Source of the DNA: Rotaria socialis
Lineage: Eukaryota
Assembly (NCBI GenBank): GCA_905331295.1
Contig: CAJNYD010000132.1
Coordinates: forward strand, 260,863-312,064
DNA: 51,202 bases
Reading direction: 5' to 3'
Part shown: piece by piece, positions 10,247 to 25,140 of the stretch
How the letters are laid out: every line of letters begins with the position of its first letter
Position numbering within the stretch: position 1 is the first letter of the stretch
The notes under the pieces: model-generated
Told to the model about the DNA's origin: nothing
Seen by the model: the letters and a program-made list of their open reading frames with translations, nothing else
The model's database searches: none
Made by a program: the position numbers and the translations under genes

Positions 10247-13200
10247 AGTTTGTTGATAATCACGAAAGAAGATGGATAATACGAATTTGTCGTTATTTGT
10301 CTTTCAGTAGCGATGTATCGCATCGATTAATTTATATATATATATATATATATATATTTACATAAAAGTGCGCACAGGAAGGCCAAAAAATTCTTAACAC
10401 GATATAACAAGCATATACATCTTTTAATAAGGAATCAGTTGCGGCGAATGCTGACGGTATATTGATGCCGACATGTTGACATTTTGCACCAAAAAGGATA
10501 AATAAACACTTATCAACCGTATATTAATAAGAAAATTAATTTATTATGCGAGATGTTACGGTTTACTGCTTGGTATGATACGTCTTTGTTAAAGAGGTGC
10601 TCGTGCACAAAGAATCAACTTTTATCTGACTGCTTGACTGACACTTCGTTGTAGCAATGATGAGCCCGTGTGTATTCTCAATGAAGACACACAAAATGCA
10701 GAGATTTACAACAGCAATAATGATGAAGACATACAACCGACAAGAAGTAAAGACGAGAGATAGAGAAAAGTGTCAAAGAGAAAGATAGCGAGAAGTAGAG
10801 AGGGGGCAAACGGAAAGCACAGAGAGAGAGAGAGAGAGTAAGCGAGAAAGAGTATAACAGGAAAACGCAGAGAAAAGAACTAGTCGACGAAGGAAGAGTA
10901 GTTCGTCATGCCGTCGAAAGGAAATATTAATACAAGAAGCGCGTTCTTAGCTTTCAAAAAAATAACAATAAAAACAAAAATTAATTAACTATCAGATTAA
11001 CTCTCAAATCCGGATGTACAAAAAAACACATTTTCATTTAGAATATATATACAAGAAAACAAATTTGTCTTCGTATAATGCTTGGTCTTTTCTAATGAGA
11101 TTTTCCTATGTAACTACAATCGAACGCTCTCAATGCGTATTTATCGCTAGTAAAGATCCAAAATTAAACATATAATTATCATCAATAGAAGCGCCATTAT
11201 ATTGATGATCATCCGGCGTTGTCTTTCTCGGAAATAATTAGATACCCTATCGGTAAAGTATAAAGCTAATCTTAAGCTTAAATCCTATATTGATGATAGG
11301 TTTGATACAATATATTTCCGTTGTTTCAATTAACTCAGTGAATAAGACGCTTAACATGTGCTGTTAGTTTGTTGATTACTTGCCAATTCATCTGCGCTCT
11401 TGTTTTCTCTCGCTCATTGACGAAACAATCAGGATTCTAGAAACTTTTTATTATAACAGCAATCAATGCAGTAACAATCTTCAACTTGACGTACTATATA
11501 ATTTCTCTATACATTTTCTAGCTACTTTCTTTTCTATGTGTCTGAATTGACTTTTCCATCATTTGTCAAGAGCGTATGAGCGAACACGACATAAAAATAT
11601 AGAGAACGACTTAGGACTTATTTATTAGACTTGTGATAGTTTCAATTAACAACACTCAACGAATGTTTATATCTATACAAACTAAGATATTGAATAAAAG
11701 ATGTATTTTTTTTCTTGCTGCTGCTTGAAGCGATCTTATGTACAGTAAACGTGCATATGTGTAATTCAACATTTTTTTGAAGACTAAAAAATACTATAAT
11801 AATGATTGTTATGGTAGTAAAAACAATAGCAAGTGGTTCCCCATGGCGAGGTGCTTTTTTCATGTTATGCGAAGAGAAATCCTTGTTGGATTAAATTTTC
11901 TCTGGTAATGGTCAAGGACTAAATGTATTCGTTAACATATTTATGTACACACATATATATGTATATATAATAGATTTTCTATTATGTAAAAACGCATGAA
12001 ATCAGTCTATAGTATTTAGACATGAAATATATTCTGAATGATGATAGATATAGCTATAGTGAGTTCATTAGTCGTTTTCAAGCGGCTCTGCATCATACAC
12101 TCATGAGTCAAGGATACGCAGCTTTTTCTTTCGAATGATTTTTTCGTAGAACTTCCGCTTTAGTTCTGCTTTTTCATTGTTGCCGTTATTTGTCAAGCAA
12201 TTGATGGCGATACTAGACTTAATTATCAAGAAAATGTTCAAATGAAAAGAAAAAACTGAAAACGTAACACTTGACAAAATTTCAAATGGATACGGTAGAG
12301 AAAACAAAATATTCAAGGACCCACCCGATCGAACCATTATTGATCAAGTTCTTCTTAATTGTCAACTGTTCTTCGCAAAATAATGGATATTGAAAGAATA
12401 GTGCGTGAAAAATAAGCCCGATGATAATATTTGTTTGAGTCATCAATGAGACCAACGCACGTTCCAAAGCATGATCATATACTAGGATAGATAATAATCA
12501 CTCTGCAATCAATGCTAATCTTTTGTTCACGGCGTCATTTCTTCACATCAGCTTTTTTTCTTGTTTCTATTCTTATTTACTGAGGTATGTGTCTTATGTT
12601 ACAACTCGTGTCCTGCAGTTAGCTGTTCACAGCATCACATACTCGATGAAGAGATTTTAAGACGTTGTCTATTGATCGGAACCTTGCCTCTGCTCTCTTC
12701 CATTCTTTTTCTACTGTCATCTTTCTCGTACTCCCTCTCTGTCTTTCTCTTTCGACATGCTCGCTCGTCACGCTCTAAACCAATTTGCATCAACACTATT
12801 AGATTCTCAGAACGCAACAACCACAGCAAATGATTACGTTACTTTATCGACATCTATTTATAGTGCTCACTTTTTTCTTCTTACTTTCACAGTTTGGGAT
12901 CCACATTATTCTCACTTAAATCGAGAAAGAACAAAGAACTACAGGCTCAACACACATACTTTTAATGAATAGAAACGACGGCAACGTTGACAAGAGGGCG
13001 TGAATGAATGTAATAATCACCTGTAGAGATTGAGAGGCTCATAAAAACCATGATCATCAGCATCAACATCTTTCTACTTTGTTAGTCTGTTAGGGCAAAT
13101 CTATTTTGCGCATCTCTCTTCTAGCATAATAATTAGAAATAAGGTATCCAAGGCATATCAAACAAATCTTATTTATAATATCGTGTTATACATCGATTGT

Positions 13201-14630
13201 TAGTATTGTTACTATTACTATTGATGTTGACTGGAACGGATCAGTAGTGAAAGTGACAATTCCCTCAGTTCCTGCTTGCTTGTTTGTTGGTCTCCCTCTT
13301 GGATTCTTTAGTATTATAATTCAATTGTGTCCTTATTCGTTTGTTCGTGATATTATTGTAATCAGTAGGCACGTTCTAAATGCTTCTAGAATGTCTCTGT
13401 CTCTTTCAATGTTTGTCTCTTGATAATTGTCGTATGTTCGCCTATCTTATCATGGATGATACAGTGTTCGGCTCTTACACTAATTAGCACAAGAATATGT
13501 ACACATACTAAATAGCCGTAATTGAGTCAATCATAATGAAACCGGAATATATGAATACTAGCGATATGAAATGAACATGACGAGAATTTATCATTGAATT
13601 TGTTGCGCATCTCTCGGGTCATAGTTTCTTTGATGAAATGAATGATGAATAGCAAAAAAAAACAGGCCCATCTCGACGAAGATATATATATATTTAAGAC
13701 AGTCTTTTAAAAAATTGGAAGAAAAAAGATATAGCTGTGGTCTGTTAATGCTTTTACGAGCACATTGAACAAGAAAACGCAGCAATTTCAACCAACTGTA
13801 AGTATGATAGGGATCGCTATTTACTTTTCTTCTAATAATAATGATATTATCTCGGCATTCAATGCGCGTATGCTTCGCAACTAGTTCAACCAATCTGTAT
13901 TTAATTGCTAGATTGTAAAATAAGCAAAGAATTGGTTCCCGTTATTGCGTTTTCAAGTTAAATTATGTTGTATTTTCTTTTAATAATGATTTGAGAAGAA
14001 TCAAGGTAAAAAAAGTAATAAGTAATGTATGGAATCGTAGTGCACATCCGGGTTGCATGCATCAAAAGCTTCTCGTAATGATGTTGTCTATGTATATATT
14101 ATCTTTAGGTTTTCTTTGTCTTTCAACAATAATTGTTTCCAGTAGTAGAACGATCTCTACTTTATTCATCATACATTGTATCTATTACTTTAACTTTACT
14201 CAATAATTGATCGGATAACTAATCGATATGTTTCTCAACTAATTCAAGAGAGAAAACAATAACTGCTAATTTTATCATAGACTTAAGTATTAATAATAAT
14301 GAATTTTTACAAACAAGAAAATAAACGAAGTTAAACTAGAGATATCTTAAATGAAAGCAAAAAATAAATAAAATCCTTTAGTTTTGTTGTTTCTAGTTAG
14401 TTTTCCACAGTTTCTCTGTTTCTATTTCTTATCGTGTTTGTTATGATAAGATTTAAATAAGGTTCGCGGCAATATCATTATCAACAACACGAACATCATT
14501 AGTTCTCATGCGCATGCCAACCATGATTTTCTTTTCTATATTAGTCTAATAAACTTTGAAGTTCAGAGAAGAACGATAGCAGTAGGAGTGTAAAAACTAA
14601 CTAGAAAATAAATCAAAATAAGCAACATAC

Positions 14631-14815
14631 CAGTTGCCGTTTGTTGAACGTCCTGTGTCAATCATTTTTTGCCACAATCGATGATTTGGATGACCGTCTT
14701 GTAAATCAATGACTTCGGTTGCTACAGTAGTTGCAGTAACTGTGTGTACAGCAAATATGAAGATTTGATTTTGGATCCAAATTAAGTGAACTAAGAGTAG
14801 TAGTTTGAGACACAT
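14631..14815 (-). CDS. Probable distal first (signal peptide) exon of the Cys-loop channel
   Basis: MCLKLLLLVHLIWIQNQIFIFAV... with a hydrophobic N-terminus. Phase-2 donor TG|gtatgt at 14631 fits the phase-2 acceptor ttatttctag|T GCA AAT at 10190. Confidence 0.6.
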
Positions 14816-15124
14816 GGCACATTACGAAATAAATCGAGACTGACTATGTGTCAGCCCGGAGATGAATCATTCATCCGTATCATTGACTTTGTTCGTTCAT
14901 CTGACTGTAATTTAAATAAATTTTAATGTATAAGTATAATGTCTGTATGTTTGTGCTACAAAGGAAGTGAAAGAGGTGTCGATAGAAATAAGAATGTGGG
15001 AACAAAGAAAGATGAAAAAGAAAAAGAAAAGGGCAGACTCGTTGTCGCAACAATGTATCATGCACTACGTAGTAGCCGATTTTCTATTTTGCGTTTTCAT
15101 TTTTGTTGATTTCCACATATTTCT

Positions 15125-15155
<31 letters not shown>

Positions 15156-18111
15156 CTCCCTTTTTTCTCTCATTTTTTTTTCTTTGGGAGTGTCACAAGT
15201 CATGTAGCAAGAAGAAAAGATCTTTTTTCCTCTCCCATGAACGAGAGTAATCATAATAATGGATACATAGTGATGATGAAGATGAGAGGGGGAACTGATC
15301 TTCCTTTCCCATTCTATTTATTGTATCTCTAGATTGCCTTTCTTTCTTTCTTTCTTATAGTGTCATCTTTGACGGTGCTACATAAACGCGTTGATGCGTA
15401 TTCTTTCGGCACGAATTAATAATTTACTAAAAAATTTCACCGGAGATTTTTTATATCGCGATGTCACTATTAAAAATGCACGCGTCGCAGTTATCGCTCT
15501 CGATTGGATTGTAATTTTACCTAGGAGACATATAGAGAAAAAAAGCAGAACTAAAAAGATCATTATTTTTGTAGTATTCGTTTAACTTCCTACGCTTGAA
15601 TGCTTGTTTCTTAACTCTGGGTTGTTTTCTTTTTTTGAAGAATTGCAAATATCTAGTCGATTTTTACGAAATCAATCGTTACATTTGTTTGAAAATGTGA
15701 TGAAAAAAAACCTATTGAAATAATGATAGACGAAGAAGAAGAAAAGAAGAATGCGTGAGTATCAAGGAAGCTTTTTCTTGAAAATGAATATAAACAATAT
15801 TATTTTAGTTTTGTTATGACACGAGAGAGACCGGAATCTTTTCAAGTACATGTTTTTTTAAAGAGCAAAACGGCTATCTATCTATTCTAAATGCAATTAA
15901 TAAAATAAAGCAATGATCTTCTTCTCGGTTCATTTATCAATAAAAACAGAAATACGATAAATTAAATCTGTTTTATTTTATACACATGTTCTATAATATA
16001 ATAAATACTACTACAGGACTTCAAATGAACGAACTATTATGTATTCTATTTACAAGATTTCTTAGTCATTATCAAACGATTTGTGCATGATGTCTAAATA
16101 GGAAAAAATTAATTGTAATATACTATATGGTTTCTTTATTTTGTCACAAGTTAGTTATAATCAATAGAACCGAAAATACTTAGTTTTTACAAGGTGAACA
16201 TATCAAATCAATGACACTAATTCAGATAAAATATTACGCAATATTTTAGTATACTGAGATGCTTTAAGTAGTGCTATTCGTTAGAGATGTATGTAAATAA
16301 ACATATATATATATATGCACGTAAAAGTTACGGTTAAGCAGTGAAGAAAAGTGAGAGAAAAAAAACATAAGAATTATTCTGATCTAATTGGAATACTTTA
16401 TTTTTCTAGCCACGAACGACTGAGAGAAGTGTGTTGACGACACGTCACGAAAAGGGCTATGCAATATATAGAGAAAGTCTCACACGAAGTCATAATAAAA
16501 TTAAAATTAAGTTACGGTAGCTAAGATGATTGAATGTCGATGGCCTTCATCAATAAATATTGTGTTTAATCGATGAAGCCATTTGCCATTAAGCACGAGT
16601 ACCACAAAAAGAAAAAAAGAGAAATCTTTTTTTTGTGCGGGTCTTACGCCTGTTAGCACAACATTTTGATGGGATAGTCAATCGTTTCTTCCGTTTTTGA
16701 TAATGTCTATTGAATCAAACGGAAATCAACAGTCTCTCACATAAATTCACAATCAATATTGGGCAGAAGAGAAAATTCTAAATTGAAACAGTCCAAGCAA
16801 TAAAAGAAAGAAAGCGTCTTAAGTAATTCTTTATTGAACAATTGTTTAGAATTGAATAATTCACATATCATCATTTGCTGTTCTATATTCGAAATCCATT
16901 GATTATTTTATCATTGTGGCTAAAATAACAATTGGCAACTACATCGAACGACGAATTTTACTATTCTGTCAGTCGATCTCAAGAGAATTCTATATCATAT
17001 GGCGTGGCTTAAACCATCAGCTAATGCTTAAATGTATGCAAATATTGTAATGGAAAATAATCTTCTTTTGTTTTGATATTATATAAAAGTGTTTAAATAT
17101 ATTTCTATCGTTAAGAGTTCTCTTAGATTCTGTAAAATAAATAGTACCAGTCTCATGAATGCGCTGTCGTTTATCAATGTGAACAAGTATTCATCCTATT
17201 AGATCGGCAATTTTCGCATTCTATCAATATAAAATAGCAAGATAGATGAGCATATTTTGATAGTCTCGGAAAGCGTAATAATAGCAATCTTGCACACGCT
17301 CATCATATGAAGAAGAAGAAGAAGAAGAAAAAAAAAGAATGAATAGACAATTCGTATTCTCTGTGGAGAAAGTCAATTCTAAATTATATCAATTCTGTTG
17401 GCATTCAATTATCTACTATTCTTGAGATCAATAGACTTGATTGAAATATTTCATATTTGGATCAATCATTTCCTGTACATACACTATAACGTGTTTGTAT
17501 CTTCGATTGAATTGATATAATATAAGAGAAATATGTTACACTAAAGGATAATTATCGAACACTTTTTATCTTATCATTTTTAAAATGAATGAAACTGTGT
17601 TGCTAATAATTTTATTAATATAAAATTTGTTATTTTAATTCAACAATATCGATATGATATTCATGATTGGCTAATTTTGATAGAGTGAAAATAAAGTTCG
17701 TTAAATGTAATGAAAGCAACCTATTCATTATTATATTAAAAAATCAAGCATAGATAATAACAAAAAAAATTAAAAAGAAACCACTGAGATTGAAATATAG
17801 GCAACCAAAGAAAAAAAATCAAGAACAACGAATTCTTTATCATAAAAGACATAATTCAAGCACACAGAGAACAACTGTAATTTGTTTGTTTTAACGGACA
17901 TTATATTTGATAAAATAAGAGGAAATTGAAAAATTAATTGATCAGCATGCTATATGTATATATCTATATATAGATATAGATATATGCTAACATCCAAACT
18001 GAGAATACGCCTAATTCCGGATTTGTCTAAGCAAAGTTTGCATTTGAAATTGAACGTAATCTCTACTTGGCAGTTAACATATATAAAAACATATACACAT
18101 ATATCACAGTT

Positions 18112-21100
18112 TTATTGGTTATGATTTTGTTCAGAAATATCATCAGTACTGTTTGATGTTGTGTCAGTATTTGTCACAGGCGTAGCTTCTTCACCGTCAT
18201 TATGTGTGAGTGCATGAGGAGATTGCTTTTTAATTTGCATACGGTAAACATACGTATCTTCAGTCGATTCAACACAACCAGAATTCAAATCAAATGATCG
18301 ACCTTTCGTAGTTAATGATGTGGCTGCTGGAGGTGGACTCCACCATGATATAATATCTAATTGAGTAAGCAGAACATAAATTAACATATCAATTCATTTT
18401 TCATGTTTATTTCCTTACTTGAAATGACTGGTAATTGTCTTAAAAGACCTTCTTGTGCAAGTATCTGCTGATTTTCATTTTCTAAATCTTTTTGAACCTT
18501 TTCAATGCCAATTTTGATTTTTTCGGCCATATCTTCAACATATTTTAATGACGTTTCCGTTTCTTTACCACTATCTGCTATCTTTTGTAATAATACATCG
18601 AGATCATCGCATTTTCTAATCATTCCTAAACGTAAATAAAACATTGAATCATGTTCATTTGTTCCACCGCCCAATGAAAATGCCGAATCATTGACTTGTA
18701 GTTTTCTTGCTAATTCAGCTTGAATTGTATTTATATCATACGTTGATAATTCGGATTGTTCCTGCATATTAATATGACTCGGTATATAACGAATCGCTCC
18801 AATACCTGCCCAATTAGGTACTGAAATAGAAACTATATTTTCATAGTTCGCTACACTTGATGGAAGTCGTACGCGTGCAGCCATAGTAGCAAGAAGAATA
18901 TCACTGTAATGTTGCATATCATCTGTAAAAGCTTGAACATCGAGAACATCGATAATATCTACTAAGTGTTCTAACGGAGCAAATCGAATAGCATGGGCTG
19001 GCGTTCGTTCTGCACTGTTATCAACTGGCTTTAACATTTGAAAATGAATACCTTTAAGTAATTCTAGATTCATTTTTGGATATTGTTGAGAGAGTTTATC
19101 GAATAACCAAAGATTAAGAAGATCAATATAATTATATAAAGCATCGAAGTCTCCAATCTAAATAATTGCTCGAATAAAATATGAACAAATTTAATCTGAA
19201 TAATTTAATTTAGCAATTCGAATTGAATACTATGTTAGATAGAGTTGTATCTATGAATTTAAGTTATTCTGTCGAATTTTGTTAAAGCAAAATATTTTAT
19301 CCATAATCTATTGGTGATTCATGAATTCAACATAGCTAAAAGTTATCTTTTAGTTGTTACATTTAGAGAGATAATATTTTCCTATCGATTTATAAAGAAT
19401 TCATTTATCTCGAATAAAAAGCATGATTACATCATCAAGGTCTGCTATCACCTTTTCTATTTCAGATATTTATGAGTGTAAATGATAGTTAACTTCAGAA
19501 ACTGGCCCAATTTCATAGCGCACAGAATCATCCGCTCAAATACAATATCAGTTGTTAAATGTCGTATCTCATAGCGCATCAACCTATATTCTTTGCTTCC
19601 CAATAGTGAAAATTTATTTTTCTTTAAAATATTTTCAACTAAAAAATCAGACATGTTCAAACATGTCTGTTCCTGTTATACATTGAATCATACACAAACA
19701 GTATTTACCGATTTGTGTCGAGTAGCCTATTGATTTTTTTTTCTATGTTTGGCACATACTTTAATATACATATAGACATAGGATCAAATAGTTTTAGACA
19801 TTGTAGATTATCGACAAACGAAATAATTTTAGTCGTCGAATGAGGAATATAAATAAACATTTTCAAATGCATTTTCGTTTCTTTTTTCTAGTGAACAAAA
19901 CTAATGAAAAAGTAAACAAAATTGATTTCTGTTGAATAAATGCAGGAGTCGATATGTTTTAGAGGACAAAAAAGTCAAATGGAGTTTATGCATGATAGCT
20001 GAAGATTCTCTTGACCCTAAAGTTGAGTCTTTTCAAAATTCAACCAACAAGTTACATAACCAAAATGGCATAAAAAGTAGAATACAATTCATAAAACAGC
20101 AGAGCAAAAAGCTAAAATTCAATCAAAGTTGACCTTGACAATATTTTTTAATTTTTTGTTTTATTCACTATTGACAAATTCATTTTTAACCATTCGTATA
20201 TCAATACATAGAAAAATGTTTGTTCTAATACAGAAACTAAAATATACTTATATTCAATGAACAATATTTTCTCCTGTCCAATAGATTCCTACTAATCGAT
20301 TAGAATTCGCTGATTTTTAACATGAATTAAACTGTCTATTTCTATTTTCAATAAAATCTATCTGATTAGAGTAAAAAGTTTTTGAGAATTCCTCATTTTA
20401 AAACTATGAATGTCTTCCATAGAGAACGCATACGATAAATAATATCAAACAATAAACTTCCGCTATACAGTGAAATCATAAGAAAAGTATTTCTAATTGA
20501 TAGAAAAAAATCGTGGAATAGTCGAATATCATTGGTAGTTATATTAAGAGAATTCTCAGTTTCTAAGTAAATTATCAATTAATTAAATATTTCATTAGAA
20601 GCGATATTGATCCCATCTTAATTTATATTATACCAGATATTAATTTTCTCAAGTTTTATCCGTAAAAATAGTTTCAGAAGTCTATCGCTCTTGCATATAT
20701 GTAACTAGTTATATAGATATATTAATTAAATGTTTCTAAAGAATAAAAAGAAGCAAAATATACATACGTTTGGTACATCAGTAGTTTGAAAACGAAAAAT
20801 AACCATAGTTTTTGGTAATGGTTCATCGGATACATCACCTGAACAAATACGTTTATAAGTAAAAACTCCTTGATTATCATCATCAGTCAATATTTTTAAT
20901 GTTTTAATCTTTTTTAAATTTTTCATCAAAATATTTGATAACTCAAATGAACGTTTCATATGATGAAGAACATCATTGTTTGAACACCGCTGACTAATAG
21001 ACCATATACTTAAAAAACTAATTGATGGGCTATGTAAAATAACATCATCAAATGAATGAGACATTGATACATTATTAATATTTAAAACTGTTGCTGTTGA

Positions 21101-22272
21101 TGATGATGATGATATATTTGTACTTGCTGTTGACTTTGTAGATAAATTATCAGTGCTTAATTGTTCATCATGTGTAGAATTAAAGTCTATTTGTTTATCT
21201 TGTTTTTTATCACTTGCCGATCGAATCAAAAATGTTACATATGGTAAATTTTGAATGCCAAATAATTTAACAATATCAATCGTTAGACTATCACAACTGA
21301 AGTTCACATTTTCTTTAATGATTGAGAGCAACATTAATGAACCCAATAAATCACCTATTGCATGAAGCCAAATATTATGTTGGTTACAAATTTGTTTTAT
21401 TTTAATCAAATCATCACAACGACCCAATAATGTAGTGCCTAAATAAAATCAAATATTTGAAATGTTTCATTGTGCTTTTCCATTGCATTTCATTGAAAAC
21501 ATACCTATATTGGCAATGACCATAAATGGATACGAATGTGCGTCATTTAAATCTTGTTTAATTGATTCTTCAAGTTTCTGAACATCAATCATATCTTCAT
21601 GTGTGAAATCATTTTGTATATGTTCAAATTTAATGTTTGATATTGACGATAATAAATCATTTTTTAAATTTTCATCAAAATCCATCGATACATAAATAAT
21701 AGCTTTTTTTATTGATAAATCATTGTCATAATGAACTTGTTTAAGTGTACAACGGATTACACGCACAAATGCTTCCGAATAAAAAGTTGAATAAAGTAAT
21801 GTCTCACAGTTAATATGAAATAACTTTCGACACCATTCAATGATTTCATTTTGATATTTTTGTAAAACAGATGCTTTTATGTTAAATGGAAGTGTATCAA
21901 AAAAAGCAGATATCTATAGGTAACAAAAGAAAAAAAATTACGAAGAACTTCCTATATGATTTGATTCATTTTTTATTTGTTCTCACTCACCATGGCGACG
22001 TCACCGACACATTGCAAGTATTTATTCCATACAACTTGAACGCATTCTCGAGCTTCTTCATCATCTTGTAAAAATGATAAGCAATAAGATATAAAATCAT
22101 TTTTAGTTTGATTATTTAATTCAGCTAGTTGATTTGAATAATTCGCATCTGCGTCATAATTAGCATCATCATGCATACTATTTGTCGTTATTAAACCTTT
22201 TCCAGACGATGATTTTAATCGTGCTGATGAATCAGTTATTCCGTTCATATTATGTTCAGTTTTATCGTCCAT
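18112..22272 (-). CDS. PDXDC1: Pyridoxal-dependent decarboxylase domain-containing protein 1, multi-exon
   Basis: Group II decarboxylase-like PFMVIANIGTTLLGRCDDL...IWLH, and the PDXDC1-type C-terminus EGLLRQLPVIS..ISWWSP...KGRSFDLNSGCVESTEDTYVYRMQ. Approximate exons 22272-21991, 21913-21505, 21438-20768, 19157-18420, 18357-18112. Confidence 0.85.
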
Positions 22273-24949
22273 GTTTGTCAGTTTAGAATATGGTTACACA
22301 ATATGAATTGTATTTTTCTGTGCACCTTTAATTGATTCAATAAACAATCTGAAACAATAATAGTAAAATGAAGAAATTATGAGCATCCTTGTGTCACTTG
22401 ATAACGTGTATGGTGCTTATAGAAAATTGTAAATTTACATACTTATTTGAATCTCATATATGTATTTTGAATACAATGCTTTAATATGAATAGAATCAAT
22501 GCCAATCGTATAGGTTGCCTTATAACTGCTTCGTCTCGTTCTTTCTTTTCTTTTCTTTTCTTTTTTCATCAGGTAAAAGAGAATGAGGACGTGGCAGTTG
22601 AAAGAAAGAAAAAAGAAGTAAGCGCATGGCGTGTTTGTCTTTCTTTTTCGTGATTAGAAGAATAAAATTAAAGTAAAATTTGAGTTACTATAATTTATTG
22701 ATCAAATTTCACATCAATGGGACATGTTTAATGTTCAGTTCATAGAATAGAATGAAATGAGTTTAACGTACAGTTCATAAATATATAATTAGTTCTACAT
22801 TATTGTACGACAAGGGCGGAGGATATGTGAGACTATTTATGATATAAATAAAAAAACATGAACAAGGAAATGTCACATTAAATTAGTACAAAAAGCGTAT
22901 CGTTTTATTTATTACTCTTTTTTTGTAAAATAAAATGGGAAGATGTATGGAAAGTCAACAGCAAGGTTGTACATGAAAGAAAATTCTTAAGCACATTATC
23001 TTTTAGGTAAATTATATCCCAAAAATACGAATGTAAATCTTATATGAATAGAACGAAGCAAATTGAAGTGATCTGTATGACTTTCTTAGCGATTTTGTAC
23101 TGAAACATTACAAGTGTTTTTTTCTGTATACTTTAAGATCGACTGTTTGTACTGGTTAAAATTAGAATAAATTAATTTTATCGAACAGTGAGTTTTAATG
23201 GTTTGTTGTTGTGGCAAAAAGAAATTTAAGCAAAATTTCTTGCTACAAACGGCAAACATCAAGAGTGATAATAAGAATTTTCAAAGTTTGTGAAAAATGG
23301 TTATAGATAATCGCCTGAAAGAATATTAAAAATGACATACGATCAATGGAACCCGAAATGAAAATGTGGACATGTAACTATTGAAAAGTTGGTTTATTAC
23401 AATAGCCTGTTGTATTCTAGAAGCATTAATAGGCTCTATGATCTATCTCCGTTTGAATAATTTATTCAAACACATAGAAGAAACATCAATGAATATTAGA
23501 CATACAAAAAGATTTATTACCAGTCAAAATAATAATCAATGCATTCAACATAGATTGTTGTGAAAATAATTTCTCAAAAATTTGTTTTTCGGATTTTCAA
23601 AACGATAGATTCAAGTGCATGTGAGTCCTTTTGAACGTTGAGTGTGAATCATGTTCGATTGAATGATACTAATATAATTTCTTTTTACTAATAAAACAAT
23701 GAAATCATTTGGAATGCCTAGAAGATATTAACATGAGCTCTGCGAATTGATATTCGAAATACAGTGTGTAGCTTAGAATACCTTCCATTTTTCATGATAC
23801 GATAAGAGACTTCATTATAGAAGACATTCATTTGTTCAGTGTAATGTAATAAGGAAACTTTCTAATTAATTCTATCTATCTATCTACTTCGACTGATATG
23901 AGAAAAGAGATTAAAAATGTCGGTTTACTGTCTAACACTAGAACATATGACAATGAAAGAGGCTCCAATGAAAACAATGATCTATAATTAGTGAAGTAAT
24001 AAAGAGAAAAGATTTACACCTAATGTTTAACGTATACCTTAGAAAATCAGGTTGGAAAATAATCAGCGATGAAGAACTATTGAAACAGGAGCATTGATAT
24101 ATGTGAAGAGAGACAGCAATTGATTGATGTGTATAAAAATCATTCGTTATGAGCATGAACTGTTAATAGTTGTCGAAAGAAAAAGTATGAAGACAATTAA
24201 CTAACGAACAGCTTATCTAAAATGAAGAAAGTAAAATTATGTCTTTCTAATAAAAAAGTGTGCTGAAGAAGAATTTAACATAAGAATACAAAAAATGTAT
24301 GAGCGTGTCGTTTTGGGAAATCAATAATATTCAAATGATTGATAAAGGCAAGCAAGAAGTTCGTTTTGTATTTTCCATGCTTTCAAAAATAAATAGAAAG
24401 CAACTTCTCACGCATGTTTTTGTTTATTTTAAAACCATGATAATCTATCTGAATGTAGAATATCGTGGCCTTTAACTTTGTTTAATTTTATGATATTGAT
24501 GAAGTTCTCATACACATCAAGCACTACTATCAAAAATCGTTCATTTCGTCGTGGCAGTCAAGTTGCAACAAGAGCGATGCCAATCTGTTTCTTGGAGTCA
24601 TACTCTATAACAAGGACGCCAGTAGATGTCACCAAAAATTATATTTTATAATGCTAAAGTAACCGTATGCGATTTGAGTCCTGAAAAAGAAATGCAATTA
24701 ACTGATAGTAAACTATTATACACTTGATTACTTACTTGGGCTGGCGTTCTGCGATTGTATGTTACGAAGCAGAGGTTCAACCAGGCTGCGTTTTTGCAGG
24801 CCTATGAATTCCAAGGCTACATGTGCCTGCCAACGTATTTGTTTGGCCTGGCCTGTCTGGAAAGGCCTGCCTATTTTTCTTTTATGTCAATACCATTACC
24901 AGAGGTATCGCAAGCAATCAAACATTGGGAAGGAGTAGCTAGTGTTACC

Positions 24950-25140
24950 AGGTCTTCCGGATTTGAAAGTTTTTTTCAAGATTTTTGCAGAATTCTTTCT
25001 AAGTTTTCAGAGTTTTTTCTAAATTTTTTGAAATTTCCGAGATCTACCTAGATTTTTTGGCATTTCTTCTAGTTTTTTCGGGAACTTTTGAGATTTCTTC
25101 ATGATTATTTCTAGTTTTTACAGAGATTTTCGAGTTTTTC
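24950..25140. repeat. Degenerate short-period T-rich tandem repeat (ttttt..ag.tt units), probably TE-internal
   Basis: Recurrent units such as ttttttcaagatttttgcagaattctttctaagttttcagagttttttctaaattttttg. Confidence 0.45.

Noticed and set aside
10300..17900. Many short ORFs upstream of the channel (other than 14631-14815)
   Set aside because: Low-complexity F/L/I/K-rich frames with no splice-consistent model; probably intronic or regulatory DNA.
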